From the IMG/VR virus record IMGVR_UViG_2548876960_000009: a stretch of DNA of 33,030 nucleotides. The stretch is one strand, 5' to 3'. Numbering within the stretch: the stretch's first letter is position 1; the number at the start of each line of letters is the position of its first letter. The position numbers were made by a program, and so were the translations under genes. The notes beneath the pieces are model-generated. The model ran no database searches. It was not told the origin of the DNA and saw only the letters and a program-made list of their open reading frames with translations. Positions 9,899-20,707 of the stretch are shown piece by piece. Source of the DNA: a virus (taxonomy: Duplodnaviria; Heunggongvirae; Uroviricota; Caudoviricetes).

Positions 9899-11407
9899 TT
9901 AATCTTCGGACTGGTCGTCGGTGTGCTGCGGCTCCTGTCGTTTCGTTGCGGCACTACTGCCTCCTTTATCACTGGCCGGATCGGTATCAAATACCAGATC
10001 CAGCTTGCGGTTTTCATCAATTTCGGCCTTGCGCCGACGTTTGACATCATCCGGATTACGACCACCAGCACGTACCCAGTCTGATTCTGTCGCCGCTCCA
10101 CCACGAATCTGGATTTTCCAGGCCTCAGCCTCCTTAACAGGGTCAATCCACGGCATCACTGGTCCGGAATACACCGCGGTATACAGTGAAGAACGGTCAA
10201 GATCGCGGGGTAGCCTGATAACACCGGATGCCACAGCCTGTTTCAGCCAGGCACGATACATCGGGCGGGTGACGGCACCAATAAACCAGTCCTGCAGGAT
10301 CAGGTAGCCATCAGTAGATTCAACCAGCTCCTGACGCTGGGCGCTGTAAGTGCCGTTATAGTTGCGCGCTGTACTGGAAAAACTCAGACGACTGCCCGCC
10401 GCCACGGCACGCAACTGACCATTACGAAAAGTTTCAAGGTTAGGATTGGGGCGATCCGACTTCACCATTCCGATTTCTTCGCCGGGTTTCAGATCGTCGT
10501 AAATAATGCCTGGCTGAATGGTAAGCTCGCGTTCCTTATCCTTGCTGCCATTACCATCCGGTTCATAGCTCTGCCCGTCGCCTTTGCGGATGTACATCCC
10601 CAGAGCAGCGGCGATCCTTGCTGCAGTCAGCTCATAATCTTCATAATCTTTCAGGGCACTGAGGCGGATCAGCACACCGGACAACAAAGACGTCCCGCGC
10701 ATCTGGTGCAGACGGCGAACAAATTTAAGATGCAGCATTCGCTCTGCATCCACTTCTTTGGTTTCCATCTGCCGTCCGGATACGGGACGGCTTTTATACA
10801 CCAGATATTTTTCGGGACGCCCCCAGTCATCAACAAACACGCCCTGATTCAGCCTGTTGCTCTCATCACTGGTCATGGGAATAAAGTCTGGCTCGAGCGC
10901 CTCCAGCCAGAAATGAACACCGGCAGAAGGCGTCAGGCTGTTTATGCGCCCGGAAACCATCTGGGCAAACACCTCACCATCGCGCAGCCAGGTACGCAGC
11001 ATCAGACGTTCCAGCATCGGACGGGTAAACTGCCCGGTGACTTCCGGGCTGACAGACCATTCACTCCATCGGGTGCGAATCTCCGCTGCCAGATCACGGG
11101 CAATGGCCCCATTGCGTAATACCGGATGTGGCTCGACAATAATCCCGTTTTTCCCCACCACCCGTTCTTCCAGCTTGTCAAATACACCAATAACCAGATC
11201 GTGGTTGTTATCAAGGTAACGGGCCTGCTCACGTAACGACACGGCCCCGTACTGGCTTAGCTGGTCGGCAGTTCGGTTCTCCCGTCGGGCTTTGTGTGTC
11301 CGCGTCGTTTTTACGGCTTCATAAGCCTGGATCACCGCACGGGAACGCAGCCTTGCCGCTTTCCATCCAGGTGAAAAAACGCCAATCACATCATCAAGAA
11401 TTGCCAT
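9899..11407 (-). CDS. Portal protein (gpB-like), about 502 aa from the ATG at 11407
   Basis: Large ORF downstream of terminase; the ATG at 11407-11405 overlaps the stop of the W-like gene (TGATG). Size close to lambda gpB. Confidence 0.8.
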   Translation of the reverse strand: MAILDDVIGVFSPGWKAARLRSRAVIQAYEAVKTTRTHKARRENRTADQLSQYGAVSLREQARYLDNNHDLVIGVFDKLEERVVGKNGIIVEPHPVLRNGAIARDLAAEIRTRWSEWSVSPEVTGQFTRPMLERLMLRTWLRDGEVFAQMVSGRINSLTPSAGVHFWLEALEPDFIPMTSDESNRLNQGVFVDDWGRPEKYLVYKSRPVSGRQMETKEVDAERMLHLKFVRRLHQMRGTSLLSGVLIRLSALKDYEDYELTAARIAAALGMYIRKGDGQSYEPDGNGSKDKERELTIQPGIIYDDLKPGEEIGMVKSDRPNPNLETFRNGQLRAVAAGSRLSFSSTARNYNGTYSAQRQELVESTDGYLILQDWFIGAVTRPMYRAWLKQAVASGVIRLPRDLDRSSLYTAVYSGPVMPWIDPVKEAEAWKIQIRGGAATESDWVRAGGRNPDDVKRRRKAEIDENRKLDLVFDTDPASDKGGSSAATKRQEPQHTDDQSED

Positions 11408-11619
11408 CAGAACCTCGCCAGCCGGTACCCGGGATGCCCCCGTCGTCGTGTAATCAGAGCCGCAAGGCGGCGCTCCCACTCCTGCCGTCCCTGCCGGATC
11501 TCAGATAAGTTTTCCATGGTCATCTGCTGACCATTAAAGGTGACGGATTTTCCGTCCAGCACCGCCATTTCAGCTTCCATATAACGCTGAATCATGGCTT
11601 CGATATCATTCTGGTTCAT
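11407..11619 (-). CDS. W: Head-tail joining protein W-like
   Basis: 70-aa ORF ending ...ITRRRGHPGYRLARF, resembling the lambda gpW C-terminus as recalled; start overlaps the terminase large subunit stop (ATGA). Confidence 0.6.
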   Translation of the reverse strand: MNQNDIEAMIQRYMEAEMAVLDGKSVTFNGQQMTMENLSEIRQGRQEWERRLAALITRRRGHPGYRLARF

Positions 11620-13718
11620 AACCATCCTCCGGAAGTCAGCCAGGGGTTAACATCGTCAGTTACTGTTTTCTTCCGTTTTTGTTTTTTAACAGGCGTGGAT
11701 ACCGGTTCCGGTGAGGATGACGGTTCGGTACTGTCCTGGACACACTCCAGCCAGGTTTCCCGGCTCGCCCACTCCGGTGCATCCGGCCAGCGGATCTTTT
11801 CGTATCCATGCAGAATGACCAGAGCCTCGGCATACACCATCAGGTCAAAAGCTTCGTTGGCACCGCGACCCGGCTTACTCCATTTCCCGTCACTGCTCCG
11901 CTCTTCATACGTCAGTTCGTCGTAAAACCAGCTCCCCAGCCAGTCAGGGAAATGCACATAGCCGGGACCTGGCGAGTCACGCCATAACGCGTTATTCACC
12001 CGGTCTTTCAGTGCATCCGTCTGAAGAAGCCAGAGCGGCACATCACCTGCGGCCTGCGCCCGTCGGCCCGTTCGTCCGGTGTTATCAGGGAATGTACGGG
12101 TGATCAGTTTTGCGCGCCGGATGCTGTCGCCCTTAAACAGGTAAATACGTTTACCAAGGCCATCACGACGGCAACGACGCCAGAATTTATAGGCATTATC
12201 AGTGACCCCGTCTTCACCGCCGGAGTCCACCGCCATTGCCATCAGTCGCATTTGTTGAGAAGGATCGGAGGCCAGCGGCCAGCTTTTATGAAAAACATCC
12301 GTCAGCAGGACATCCCAGTCTTCCGGATAGCTGGCCGGATCAATTCGCTGGCTCTCCCCGTCGCTGTCACCGCGCAATGACTGCGTGATGTTGTAACGAT
12401 CAATAATCCAGCGTTCGCCACGGCTGCCATAGCCCGTTACCTGAACCACAAAACGGCGATGACGTCCCGCCTGCACATCCACTGTCGCCACAAGGAAATT
12501 AACGCCATCCGGCACACTGCGGGAAGGAACTGGCTCTGCCCGCTGCTCAAGCAGTTCACTTTTTCGTTGCTCCATGCTGGCGCGGGGAAGATAAGGTAAT
12601 CCCCAGTCGGTATTGATAACCGTCTTGAGTGTTTCTTCACTTCCGGTTGTCTCGTATTCCTGTTCTGCAGTAAGCAGTTTGTAAACGAGTTGCGAGAGTG
12701 TCTGGTAAGCAGCTGCCGGACCCTCCATCCAGAATGACGCAATACGTGAGCGTCGGGGATCACCATAACGACTGCCATCCGCATTGATGGATTCACCATC
12801 CCGCAACCAGACCCCACGTCCGTTCAGCTCACGTTTGTGTTCAGGCATAATCCGTCCTGAACAGGAAGGACACTGAATATAAGCCGCCTCACTTGCCAGC
12901 ACGGGATCGGCAATATCACGGAAACCAGCAACCACATCGCCGCAGGGCTGAAAATACTCACCACAGTGTGGACAGGGCCAGTACCAGCGACGGCGATCAC
13001 CACGGTTATAGAGCGACAGGATCCCCGTGGTTGGTGGAGCCTCATGCGGTGAAGTCCGTCGCCATTTCACATCCTTCACATCCCTGCCGGGGGAACTCTC
13101 CACCAACGTCATACCGCTGGACATAAATGTGGTGGTACGTTTTGAGGCAAGAGAGAAGGCATCCCCCTCGCCATCAATATCTTCCGGAAAACGGTCATAA
13201 TCCGTCAGCGCGACGCATTTATAATCTGATGAGGACATGATATTGACTGACGGCCAGCCGATTTTCAGGTAGTTGCCAGCAAGGAATGTTCTGTCATAAA
13301 CGTTGTTGTCATTTTTGTTCGGACTCAGGCGACTGACCACTTCCGGGCTGACGCGAAACGTTCTGGCGAGTCGTTTTTTGGAGTGTTCGCGGGCTTTTTC
13401 CTCCGTCATCTGAATGATCAGCATATCAGCAGGATCGCAAATCACGTTGTAAATCACCCAGCCGTCAATCAGGCCGATAGTCTTGCCGGTTCGTGCCGGG
13501 CCAACAAATATCACTGCGTCGTATTCACGCGAGGCCAGGCAGTTCATCGGCTCAATAACATACGGTGCCACCAGCGGATCCCACGGGACTGAGTTCCCGG
13601 CCCCCATGGGCACCCGCATATACTGAGCAACGGCATCAGCAACCCGCATTCGTCTCGGTGTGCGAAGGATATAACCTGAATCGGTTCGTGCTGCCTTTGC
13701 GGTTTCCTGATTCAGCAT
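11616..13718 (-). CDS. Terminase large subunit (gpA family)
   Basis: 700-aa ORF with a Walker A-like motif (FVGPARTGKT), a Cys-rich zinc-ribbon segment (CPHCGEYFQPCGD...CPSCSGR) and acidic nuclease-like regions; follows the small subunit with ATGA coupling. Confidence 0.85.
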   Translation of the reverse strand: MLNQETAKAARTDSGYILRTPRRMRVADAVAQYMRVPMGAGNSVPWDPLVAPYVIEPMNCLASREYDAVIFVGPARTGKTIGLIDGWVIYNVICDPADMLIIQMTEEKAREHSKKRLARTFRVSPEVVSRLSPNKNDNNVYDRTFLAGNYLKIGWPSVNIMSSSDYKCVALTDYDRFPEDIDGEGDAFSLASKRTTTFMSSGMTLVESSPGRDVKDVKWRRTSPHEAPPTTGILSLYNRGDRRRWYWPCPHCGEYFQPCGDVVAGFRDIADPVLASEAAYIQCPSCSGRIMPEHKRELNGRGVWLRDGESINADGSRYGDPRRSRIASFWMEGPAAAYQTLSQLVYKLLTAEQEYETTGSEETLKTVINTDWGLPYLPRASMEQRKSELLEQRAEPVPSRSVPDGVNFLVATVDVQAGRHRRFVVQVTGYGSRGERWIIDRYNITQSLRGDSDGESQRIDPASYPEDWDVLLTDVFHKSWPLASDPSQQMRLMAMAVDSGGEDGVTDNAYKFWRRCRRDGLGKRIYLFKGDSIRRAKLITRTFPDNTGRTGRRAQAAGDVPLWLLQTDALKDRVNNALWRDSPGPGYVHFPDWLGSWFYDELTYEERSSDGKWSKPGRGANEAFDLMVYAEALVILHGYEKIRWPDAPEWASRETWLECVQDSTEPSSSPEPVSTPVKKQKRKKTVTDDVNPWLTSGGWL

Positions 13719-14212
13719 TACTCCTCCTGCTGTAATTCCTCCTCATCATCCGCACCTGCTTCAGTCACCCGCAGGGCTATCTGATCGCGCAGATCATCAA
13801 TAATGGACTGAACACGGCTCACAGCGGCAGGCTGCAGACCGCAGTCACGTTCAAGAATATCCGGTAATGTCTCCAGCACCTGCACGACCGCTTTTGCCCA
13901 GATGGCAAACTCCCGTCTGACATCACTGGCCGGAATGAGTTGTGCCGTTTCCTGTTCGAACTTAAGACGCTCACGTTCAGACTGATACCAGGCTTTGCGC
14001 TCATGCGCGTCCATTTCGCCTTCTGCAACCGGCGGTGGTAATGCCAGAAATGCCGACACAATATCAACCACCCGATAAAGCTTGAGGTTGCTTTCATGCC
14101 CCCCTGCAACGGGTAGATTTTGCAGCCTTGCCGCAGCAGTCTGGCGATGTACACCTGACAGTGCCGCCAGTTGACTGATATTCAGCGTCAGATTTTTTAA
14201 CTCTCGATCCAT
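13718..14212 (-). CDS. Terminase small subunit with N-terminal HTH
   Basis: 164-aa ORF with an HTH-like N-terminus (LTLNISQLAALSGVHRQTAAARLQN) and acidic C-terminal tail; GGAG 6 nt upstream; immediately precedes the large subunit. Confidence 0.7.
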   Translation of the reverse strand: MDRELKNLTLNISQLAALSGVHRQTAAARLQNLPVAGGHESNLKLYRVVDIVSAFLALPPPVAEGEMDAHERKAWYQSERERLKFEQETAQLIPASDVRREFAIWAKAVVQVLETLPDILERDCGLQPAAVSRVQSIIDDLRDQIALRVTEAGADDEEELQQEE

Positions 14213-14764
14213 ACCCGCTCCAGAATGTTTTAAACATGCATCTTGCGAACAACTTTAGGCAAACGGTGTTAGTGGTGAACAAAAAACAATCAAAATCGAC
14301 ACCATAAAAATAAAATCACCGTAATATCAATACATTACAGTAGTGGTGATGACGGATGAAATTTCAAAAACTAGCCTTTTTCCGCAACGCTCCCGCCCCG
14401 TGGCAGGGGCCCCCACCGGGAGGACCCGACAGCCTGACAGCCGTGACGAGCATCTGATACAGCGCTTTACATAATGGCATAGGAATAATTCAGAAGGACA
14501 TCACAGCATGCCCACACAAATTAGTGTGAGTGTCCTGTTTCTTCCTACGCACAGGACTGACGAGCATGAGGGGAAAATACGCGAACCGAAATGCCTTATC
14601 TTTAGAAATGCAGCCGGCATCCGAACTGGACGATATTGTAAATTCACCTAAATACGAGGCATTGCTGTAGTTGAATTGCAGTACTGTATTAGCCTGACAG
14701 TGACAGAATACGATATTGACTCTGTCACTTGTGAAATGGTCAGAATGGTTAGCAGTTATGGTGA

Positions 14765-14971
14765 TCAGTCAACCACCAGGGAATAATCCTTCGTATTCTT
14801 ATCGTGCTTTACTAACGCGGCCTCAATTGCCCTGAATGCTTCCAGAGATACTTGATGTGCTATACATGCAATTACAACATCCGGGTAACCCATCGAAATG
14901 GTGCTATTAAGCATAGTTTTTACACGAACCTGCTCCTGGGAGGGGGCATCAGTGTATTGATCTTTATGCAT
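14765..14971 (-). CDS. Hypothetical small protein (68 aa) in an AT-rich moron region
   Basis: ORF with GGAG 7 nt upstream of the ATG; no family recognised. Confidence 0.4.
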   Translation of the reverse strand: MHKDQYTDAPSQEQVRVKTMLNSTISMGYPDVVIACIAHQVSLEAFRAIEAALVKHDKNTKDYSLVVD

Positions 14972-15266
14972 TTTGTCGCTCCATGCGTTTGCTCTTCACT
15001 TGCGGCTAAAAATATAACGTCAAATCACTCAGCATGAAAGTGTGAAAGTTTCAGCGCGTTTCCCTTACATAATCTGTCGTTTGTATTCTCTCCAGGCATA
15101 CCGGAAAGACTAGGTATTGTCACACAACCAATACCACCGACTATCGAGACTTATATCTATTCGGTAATGTTTAAATATAACAAAACCCCGTAAAAACGAG
15201 GTTTATGGGTAAATTGTATTGTTGAATAGCATCTGATAAGAAATTGATGCTAATACTATAAACACA

Positions 15267-15440
15267 CTAGATTAAATCAATCTTGATATCATAGCTTTCA
15301 AGACCAGTCATTTTTTCCCGTGCAGTAAACTGGATACTGGTAACTTCTTTCCCGGTCTTTTTCTTAAGCTCAATAATTTTTTTTGTTATATATTCAGAAA
15401 TATCTGCTTCTGTTTTTGTTTTTAACTCTTCAATGTTCAT
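15267..15440 (-). CDS. gnsB: GnsA/GnsB-family protein (57 aa)
   Basis: From internal ATG: MNIEELKTKTEADISEYITKKIIELKKKTGKEVTSIQFTAREKMTGLESYDIKIDLI, matching the Gns family of E. coli prophage Qin as I recall it. Confidence 0.6.
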   Translation of the reverse strand: MNIEELKTKTEADISEYITKKIIELKKKTGKEVTSIQFTAREKMTGLESYDIKIDLI

Positions 15441-15612
15441 CATTTCCTCTTTTAGTCTGTTATGACTTTCCTGGTACACAGTAGTGTCAATTATATGGAG
15501 CAAACGTATAAAAGATAAGATGAAACATCGCAATAATCAACATACGACAGTCTAAATTTCGCACAAACAGATAAAGATGATTATCCTTTATTATCAAGGC
15601 ATTAGAATGAAA

Positions 15613-15843
15613 TCAATTCAAGAGTCTCATTGCTGCTTCCAGAATTTCTTCTGAAGTTACATGTCGATCCGCTGCTACATAAATGACTTTATGATCTCCG
15701 GTCAGAGATGGAAACCCTGCAGCCATTACAGTGAGATGTGTTGTTTCGCCATTTGGATATTCACGCATGATGGTGTTAACTCCGGTCATCACTGGCACTA
15801 CCATTGCTGGTTCAGAGTTAAAAAAAACTATTATTTTTTTCAT
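15613..15843 (-). CDS. Hypothetical small protein (about 76 aa, MKKIIVFFNSEP...)
   Basis: ORF between gnsB-like and cspI-like genes; start chosen at the internal ATG; no clear RBS. Confidence 0.35.
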   Translation of the reverse strand: MKKIIVFFNSEPAMVVPVMTGVNTIMREYPNGETTHLTVMAAGFPSLTGDHKVIYVAADRHVTSEEILEAAMRLLN

Positions 15844-15884
15844 GATGTTACCGTAATATGTGAGTATCCATCGACTAGACACTA

Positions 15885-15912
15885 AGCAAAAAAGCTCCCG
15901 AAGGAGCCTTCA
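15885..15912 (-). terminator. Intrinsic terminator downstream of the cspI-like gene
   Basis: Minus-strand RNA reads GGCUCC-UUCG-GGAGC followed by UUUUUU. Confidence 0.6.
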
Positions 15913-16114
15913 TTTTCACTTTCTTAAATCTAACGACAGACGGCTAACATTTAAGTATTGTGAAATATTATCAAATGTAATCATCATTGATTTACAAAAG
16001 ATACATTTTGCCCCGAAAGGATTCCTGTCAGAAACATCAAAAGATGATGTTCTATACTGAGAACCATGGCAACACGGGCATCTAAAGTGAATATGGTTTG
16101 TAATATTTTCTACC

Positions 16115-16327
16115 TCAAAGTGCCACTACATGAACAGCCGCGGGGCCTTTAGGTCCGTTCTCAATACCAAATTCGACTTGCTGATTCTCAGTTAACGTTT
16201 TGAAATCGTTGCTCTGAATAGCTGAGAAATGGACAAACACATCTTTGCTACCATCTTTCGGCGTGATGAAACCAAAACCTTTTTCAGGGTTAAACCATTT
16301 CACTAAACCAGTCATTTTGTTAGACAT
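16115..16327 (-). CDS. cspI: Cold-shock protein CspI-like (CspA family)
   Basis: 70-aa [48 protein letters not shown]..., RNP1/RNP2 cold-shock domain; closely matches K-12 CspI as recalled. Confidence 0.9.
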   Translation of the reverse strand: MSNKMTGLVKWFNPEKGFGFITPKDGSKDVFVHFSAIQSNDFKTLTENQQVEFGIENGPKGPAAVHVVAL

Positions 16328-16690
16328 TATTATTACCTTTTGAAGAAGTTAGCCCTTGGGCAGAATGGTCCGAAAAAAAATATCAGAGAGAAAAACCAAC
16401 AAGGAAATCTCAAGAGGTACAAATAATAAAATTATAACAATGACTGCTTCAGATAATTTTGTAACAAACCAGAACACCATTAACGCATGATTAACCAACC
16501 ATAGCAAGGATTACTTTTGTAAAGAAAAACACACGAATGAAACAATAGCTTTATTTATTAATAAAACGTGTCATTCTGTCTAATGACCTTTTATCTTACC
16601 CTTAAGATTTCAAGGATTTTGACTCATGGAAGAGTCCTTTTTATTTAAATTTCACATTCAGCGCTAAAAATAATCCGATTTAATATTAAT

Positions 16691-17718
<1,028 letters not shown>

Positions 17719-17831
17719 GGATATTTATCAGGATTTATCGGCTTCAAATCCCCGGATATGTTAAATCTTACCTCACCAGTGATGGGCACTGGCGGGAGGA
17801 GGATGTCAATCTGATAAACACAGAGGTGACT

Positions 17832-18092
17832 ATGGATTACACAAATCTACCAAAACAAACTTTTGCTGATTTAATCGCACTCAGGCAAGCAGTCGTAGCT
17901 CTAATCAACTTGTTGCCGGAGAAGGAAAAGGAATTAGTTAAAGCGCTTCTTAACAGAACTGCCGCCGATTTTTCATCATATCCACTGACAGATGACCTTG
18001 CGGACCTTCCTGAATTAATTGCAGCGTCCGCCATTAAGCTTACTGAAGAGATTTACCCTCCTCAAAAATCTTCACAAAATTCCTGCGAGTAA
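17832..18092 (+). CDS. Hypothetical acidic helical protein (86 aa) encoded antisense within the lysis cassette
   Basis: ORF from ATG at 17832 with AGAGGTGA upstream; overlaps the 3' end of the minus-strand ydfR-like gene. No family recognised; could be spurious. Confidence 0.3.
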   Translation: MDYTNLPKQTFADLIALRQAVVALINLLPEKEKELVKALLNRTAADFSSYPLTDDLADLPELIAASAIKLTEEIYPPQKSSQNSCE

Positions 18093-18591
18093 CTTCAATG
18101 CAATAATCGTAAAACGCCGCAAACTGCTCATCGCGGCGTTTTTTTTCATCTTCAGAAGGGATCAGCACCGACAATTTTTTATTCAGATCAGCGACGCTGC
18201 CCTCCAGTTTTTCAATGGGCGATTCAATATCATCTTTTTCTGACCGCAATGCCGTCGGTGGCGTCTTCAGAGAACCAGTAATTCTTCCCGGTAGCTTTCC
18301 TTTGTAGGTTATCCACACATTCTGCGCCTCTAAAATTATGGGGCGCTTTTCCGGCGACTGCTCATCCCCTACACATAACCCGGCAGCAACATCCAGGAAT
18401 ACCTGTCTGATTCTCATTCTGGCTGCTGCCTCATAAAACTCCAGCGCGGCACCTTCAACACGGTCCAGCGAGATGTCCAGGTCAAAAATTTCACCGTCAA
18501 AGCGTTTTTTGTCCCGTAAGGCTACAGTTACCGCCACTTTATTCTCAAAATTGCGGACTCCTTTCACAACCAGTTCATAGTCTTGTGTCAT
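18040..18591 (-). CDS. ydfR: YdfR-like protein (DUF1327-type), C-terminally extended relative to what I recall for K-12 YdfR
   Basis: From internal ATG: MTQDYELVVKGVRNFENKVAVTVALRDKKRFDGEIFDLD...; sits between holin and endolysin as in Qin. Confidence 0.55.
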   Translation of the reverse strand: MTQDYELVVKGVRNFENKVAVTVALRDKKRFDGEIFDLDISLDRVEGAALEFYEAAARMRIRQVFLDVAAGLCVGDEQSPEKRPIILEAQNVWITYKGKLPGRITGSLKTPPTALRSEKDDIESPIEKLEGSVADLNKKLSVLIPSEDEKKRRDEQFAAFYDYCIEVTRRNFVKIFEEGKSLQ

Positions 18592-18595
18592 TGGA

Positions 18596-18811
18596 TTACT
18601 CTCTTCTCGCAACCTTACGCCTGTCTTCTTTAATCTTGAAATAAAGGTTTGTCAGATACGTCAGCAGGCCAAAAACCAGACTACCCAGCACACCGATTGC
18701 AGCCCACTGTGACGGAGTTACTTTATCGAGTAACTGCAATGCCCAGAAACCAGCATTACCAGCCGATGTGCCATAGGCGATACCTGTTGTTAACTTATCC
18801 ATTGATTTCAT
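18596..18811 (-). CDS. essQ: Pinholin (phage 21 S-type class II holin) with dual-start motif
   Basis: 71-aa [74 protein letters not shown]; two TM segments, Met1-Lys-Ser-Met4 dual start, basic C-terminus. Confidence 0.9.
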   Translation of the reverse strand: MKSMDKLTTGIAYGTSAGNAGFWALQLLDKVTPSQWAAIGVLGSLVFGLLTYLTNLYFKIKEDRRKVARRE

Positions 18812-19029
18812 ATCCTCACCCCGATGTACACAGATGGTGCAATATGTTTGAAAAGATCGGAGTCTATGGGTTAGTTTTTATAGCAAACGTTGTTCTCAAC
18901 GGCGCTAAAAAACAGACACATTAAAAATGTGGGTAATTATTTTAAAAGAAAATCATATATTAAATAATAATACGAGATATGTTTTCATATTTAGTGTACT
19001 GTATACGGCCATTTATACAGGAAAAGCCT

Positions 19030-19200
19030 ATGTCAGAACGTAAAGACTCAAAATCACGCCGTAATTATCTCGTTAAATGTTCCTGCCCAAACTGCACCCA
19101 AGAGTCAGAACACAGTTTTTCAAGAGTACAAAAAGGTGCCCTTTTGATCTGCCCTCATTGCAACAAAGTATTCCAGACAAATCTTAAAGCTGTAGCTTGA
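19030..19200 (+). CDS. Small zinc-ribbon protein (56 aa, two CxxC pairs)
   Basis: From ATG at 19030 (AGGAAAAG upstream): MSERKDSKSRRNYLVKCSCPNCTQESEHSFSRVQKGALLICPHCNKVFQ... Confidence 0.45.
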   Translation: MSERKDSKSRRNYLVKCSCPNCTQESEHSFSRVQKGALLICPHCNKVFQTNLKAVA

Positions 19201-19255
19201 TTGATTTTATTCGTAACAAGTATTTTTTATATTTTAATAACATATTTAAAGCAGA

Positions 19256-19285
19256 TAATAAAAAACCCGCCTGAGCGGGTTTAAT
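19256..19285. terminator. Bidirectional intrinsic terminator between the cspB-like gene and the zinc-ribbon ORF
   Basis: AAAAAACCCGC-CTGA-GCGGGTTTAATATT: GC hairpin flanked by an A-run and a T-rich run. Confidence 0.6.
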
Positions 19286-19563
19286 ATTGTGGTACTTTTT
19301 GTGGGAGTCATCCACTTACGCACTTTGTTTTGCTATGCCAGCAGTTAGCTTCTGCTGTAAAACTATTCATGCAGCAAACCTGCACTTCACCACAATGGTT
19401 AGCATACTTTTCCTGATTAAGTTATTGCCAAATATGCTGGCCATCGTTTCATGTATTGGACCTCCTTACTATTTATTAAAGAGATCCAATATTCACCACT
19501 CTGTCTGTATCTCCACTCAGGCATCAGCCTTCTTCGTTATCGTATACAGACAAACTATGAATT

Positions 19564-19779
19564 TTAATCAGTAATTATGACATTTGCTGCTGCAGGACCT
19601 TTAGCACCACTCTCTACAGAGAAGGTAACCTTTTGACCTTCAAATAAGGTTCGAAAATTATCATTCTGAATCGCAGAAAAATGCACAAACACATCTTTAC
19701 TACCATCAACAGGAGAAATAAAGCCGAAACCTTTATCAGCGTTAAACCATTTTACTAAACCAGTCATTTTATTTGACAT
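19564..19779 (-). CDS. cspB: Cold-shock protein CspB-like
   Basis: 71-aa [56 protein letters not shown]... Confidence 0.9.
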   Translation of the reverse strand: MSNKMTGLVKWFNADKGFGFISPVDGSKDVFVHFSAIQNDNFRTLFEGQKVTFSVESGAKGPAAANVIITD

Positions 19780-20079
19780 TCTACATTCCTTAACTTGAGC
19801 CTTTCGGCATAAATGGCTTGTATAACAGAAACGACTTCGTACTTAATTGGAGAGACTCAAAGAAGGAATAAGTGAATAACACCTGAAATGAGAACTGCTT
19901 TAGTAAACTACTTCGTATATCGTCTGTTCTTCAAACCGACGCAATCATTAACGCATAGTTGAACATATGAAGCAATGTTTATTTTAGACATCCAGCCATC
20001 TTCAACCCCATCAAAAAACTATAGCTTTCTTCAGGAACGTGTGTATAGTGCGCCCAGTTATCAGTATTAAGGAATTTTT

Positions 20080-20292
20080 TTGTCCCGTAAAATGACAGGA
20101 ATTGTCAAAACCTTTGACGGCAAAAGCGGCAAGGGTCTTATCACCCCATCCGATGGTCGTATCGATGTCCAGCTTCATGTTTCAGCGCTCAATCTCCGCG
20201 ATGCAGAAGAAATTACCACCGGATTACGCGTGGAATTTTGCCGGATAAATGGTCTGCGTGGCCCTTCAGCTGCCAATGTTTACCTTTCATGA
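20080..20292 (+). CDS. cspF: Cold-shock-like protein CspF-like
   Basis: 70-aa [47 protein letters not shown]...[20 protein letters not shown]. Confidence 0.85.
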
Positions 20293-20574
20293 GCTATATT
20301 AAAGCTTTAATTTCAGGCCCCATCGAATCAAACATGGAGAGTTTTCATGAATAACCCCGTCTGTCTTGATGACTGGTTGATTGGCTTTAAAAGCTTATGC
20401 TGTACTTTGACCGTAATAGCTCTGCTAATAATGTAATATGCAGACTCATTGTATCTAGGGACATAGTACTGGAAGAAAACATTTTAAACATCAGGCAAAG
20501 TCACCCGATAAATAATAAGTAAACAAACATGAATCCCGGAATGAGATTCAACATCTCTATTACCCTATTTAAAG

Positions 20575-20612
20575 CACAAAAACCCGCTCATCAGCGGGTT
20601 TTCTACTTTTTC
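20575..20612. terminator. Hairpin terminator about 100 nt downstream of Q (tR'-like); also works in the plus direction
   Basis: ACCCGC-TCATCA-GCGGGT with T-runs on both sides (AAAAACCCGCTCATCAGCGGGTTTTCTACTTTTT). Confidence 0.65.
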
Positions 20613-20647
20613 TTAACGTCGGGTATATAAAGCCCATCTTTGAAAAA

Positions 20648-20676
20648 ATTTTATCCATATTTTTTGAAAAATGCAA
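20648..20676 (-). promoter_or_regulatory. Late promoter PR'-like, immediately downstream of Q
   Basis: On the minus strand: TTGCAT, 17-bp spacer, TAAAAT. Placed between the Q stop (20708) and the tR'-like terminator. Confidence 0.5.
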
Positions 20677-20707
20677 GCATTACGTCGCCATCTTCGGCGA
20701 AAATCAT

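Noticed and set aside
14380-14440. Search for the lambda cohesive-end sequence GGGCGGCGACCT
   Set aside because: Only an 8-of-12 match (GGGCGGGAGCGT on the minus strand) was found, which is not enough to call cosN; kept only as a low-confidence packaging-site hypothesis.
17735-17760. GGCTTCAAATCC, resembling a tRNA T-loop (GGTTCAAATCC)
   Set aside because: Flanking sequence cannot form a T-stem, acceptor stem or D-arm on either strand; it is part of the endolysin upstream region.
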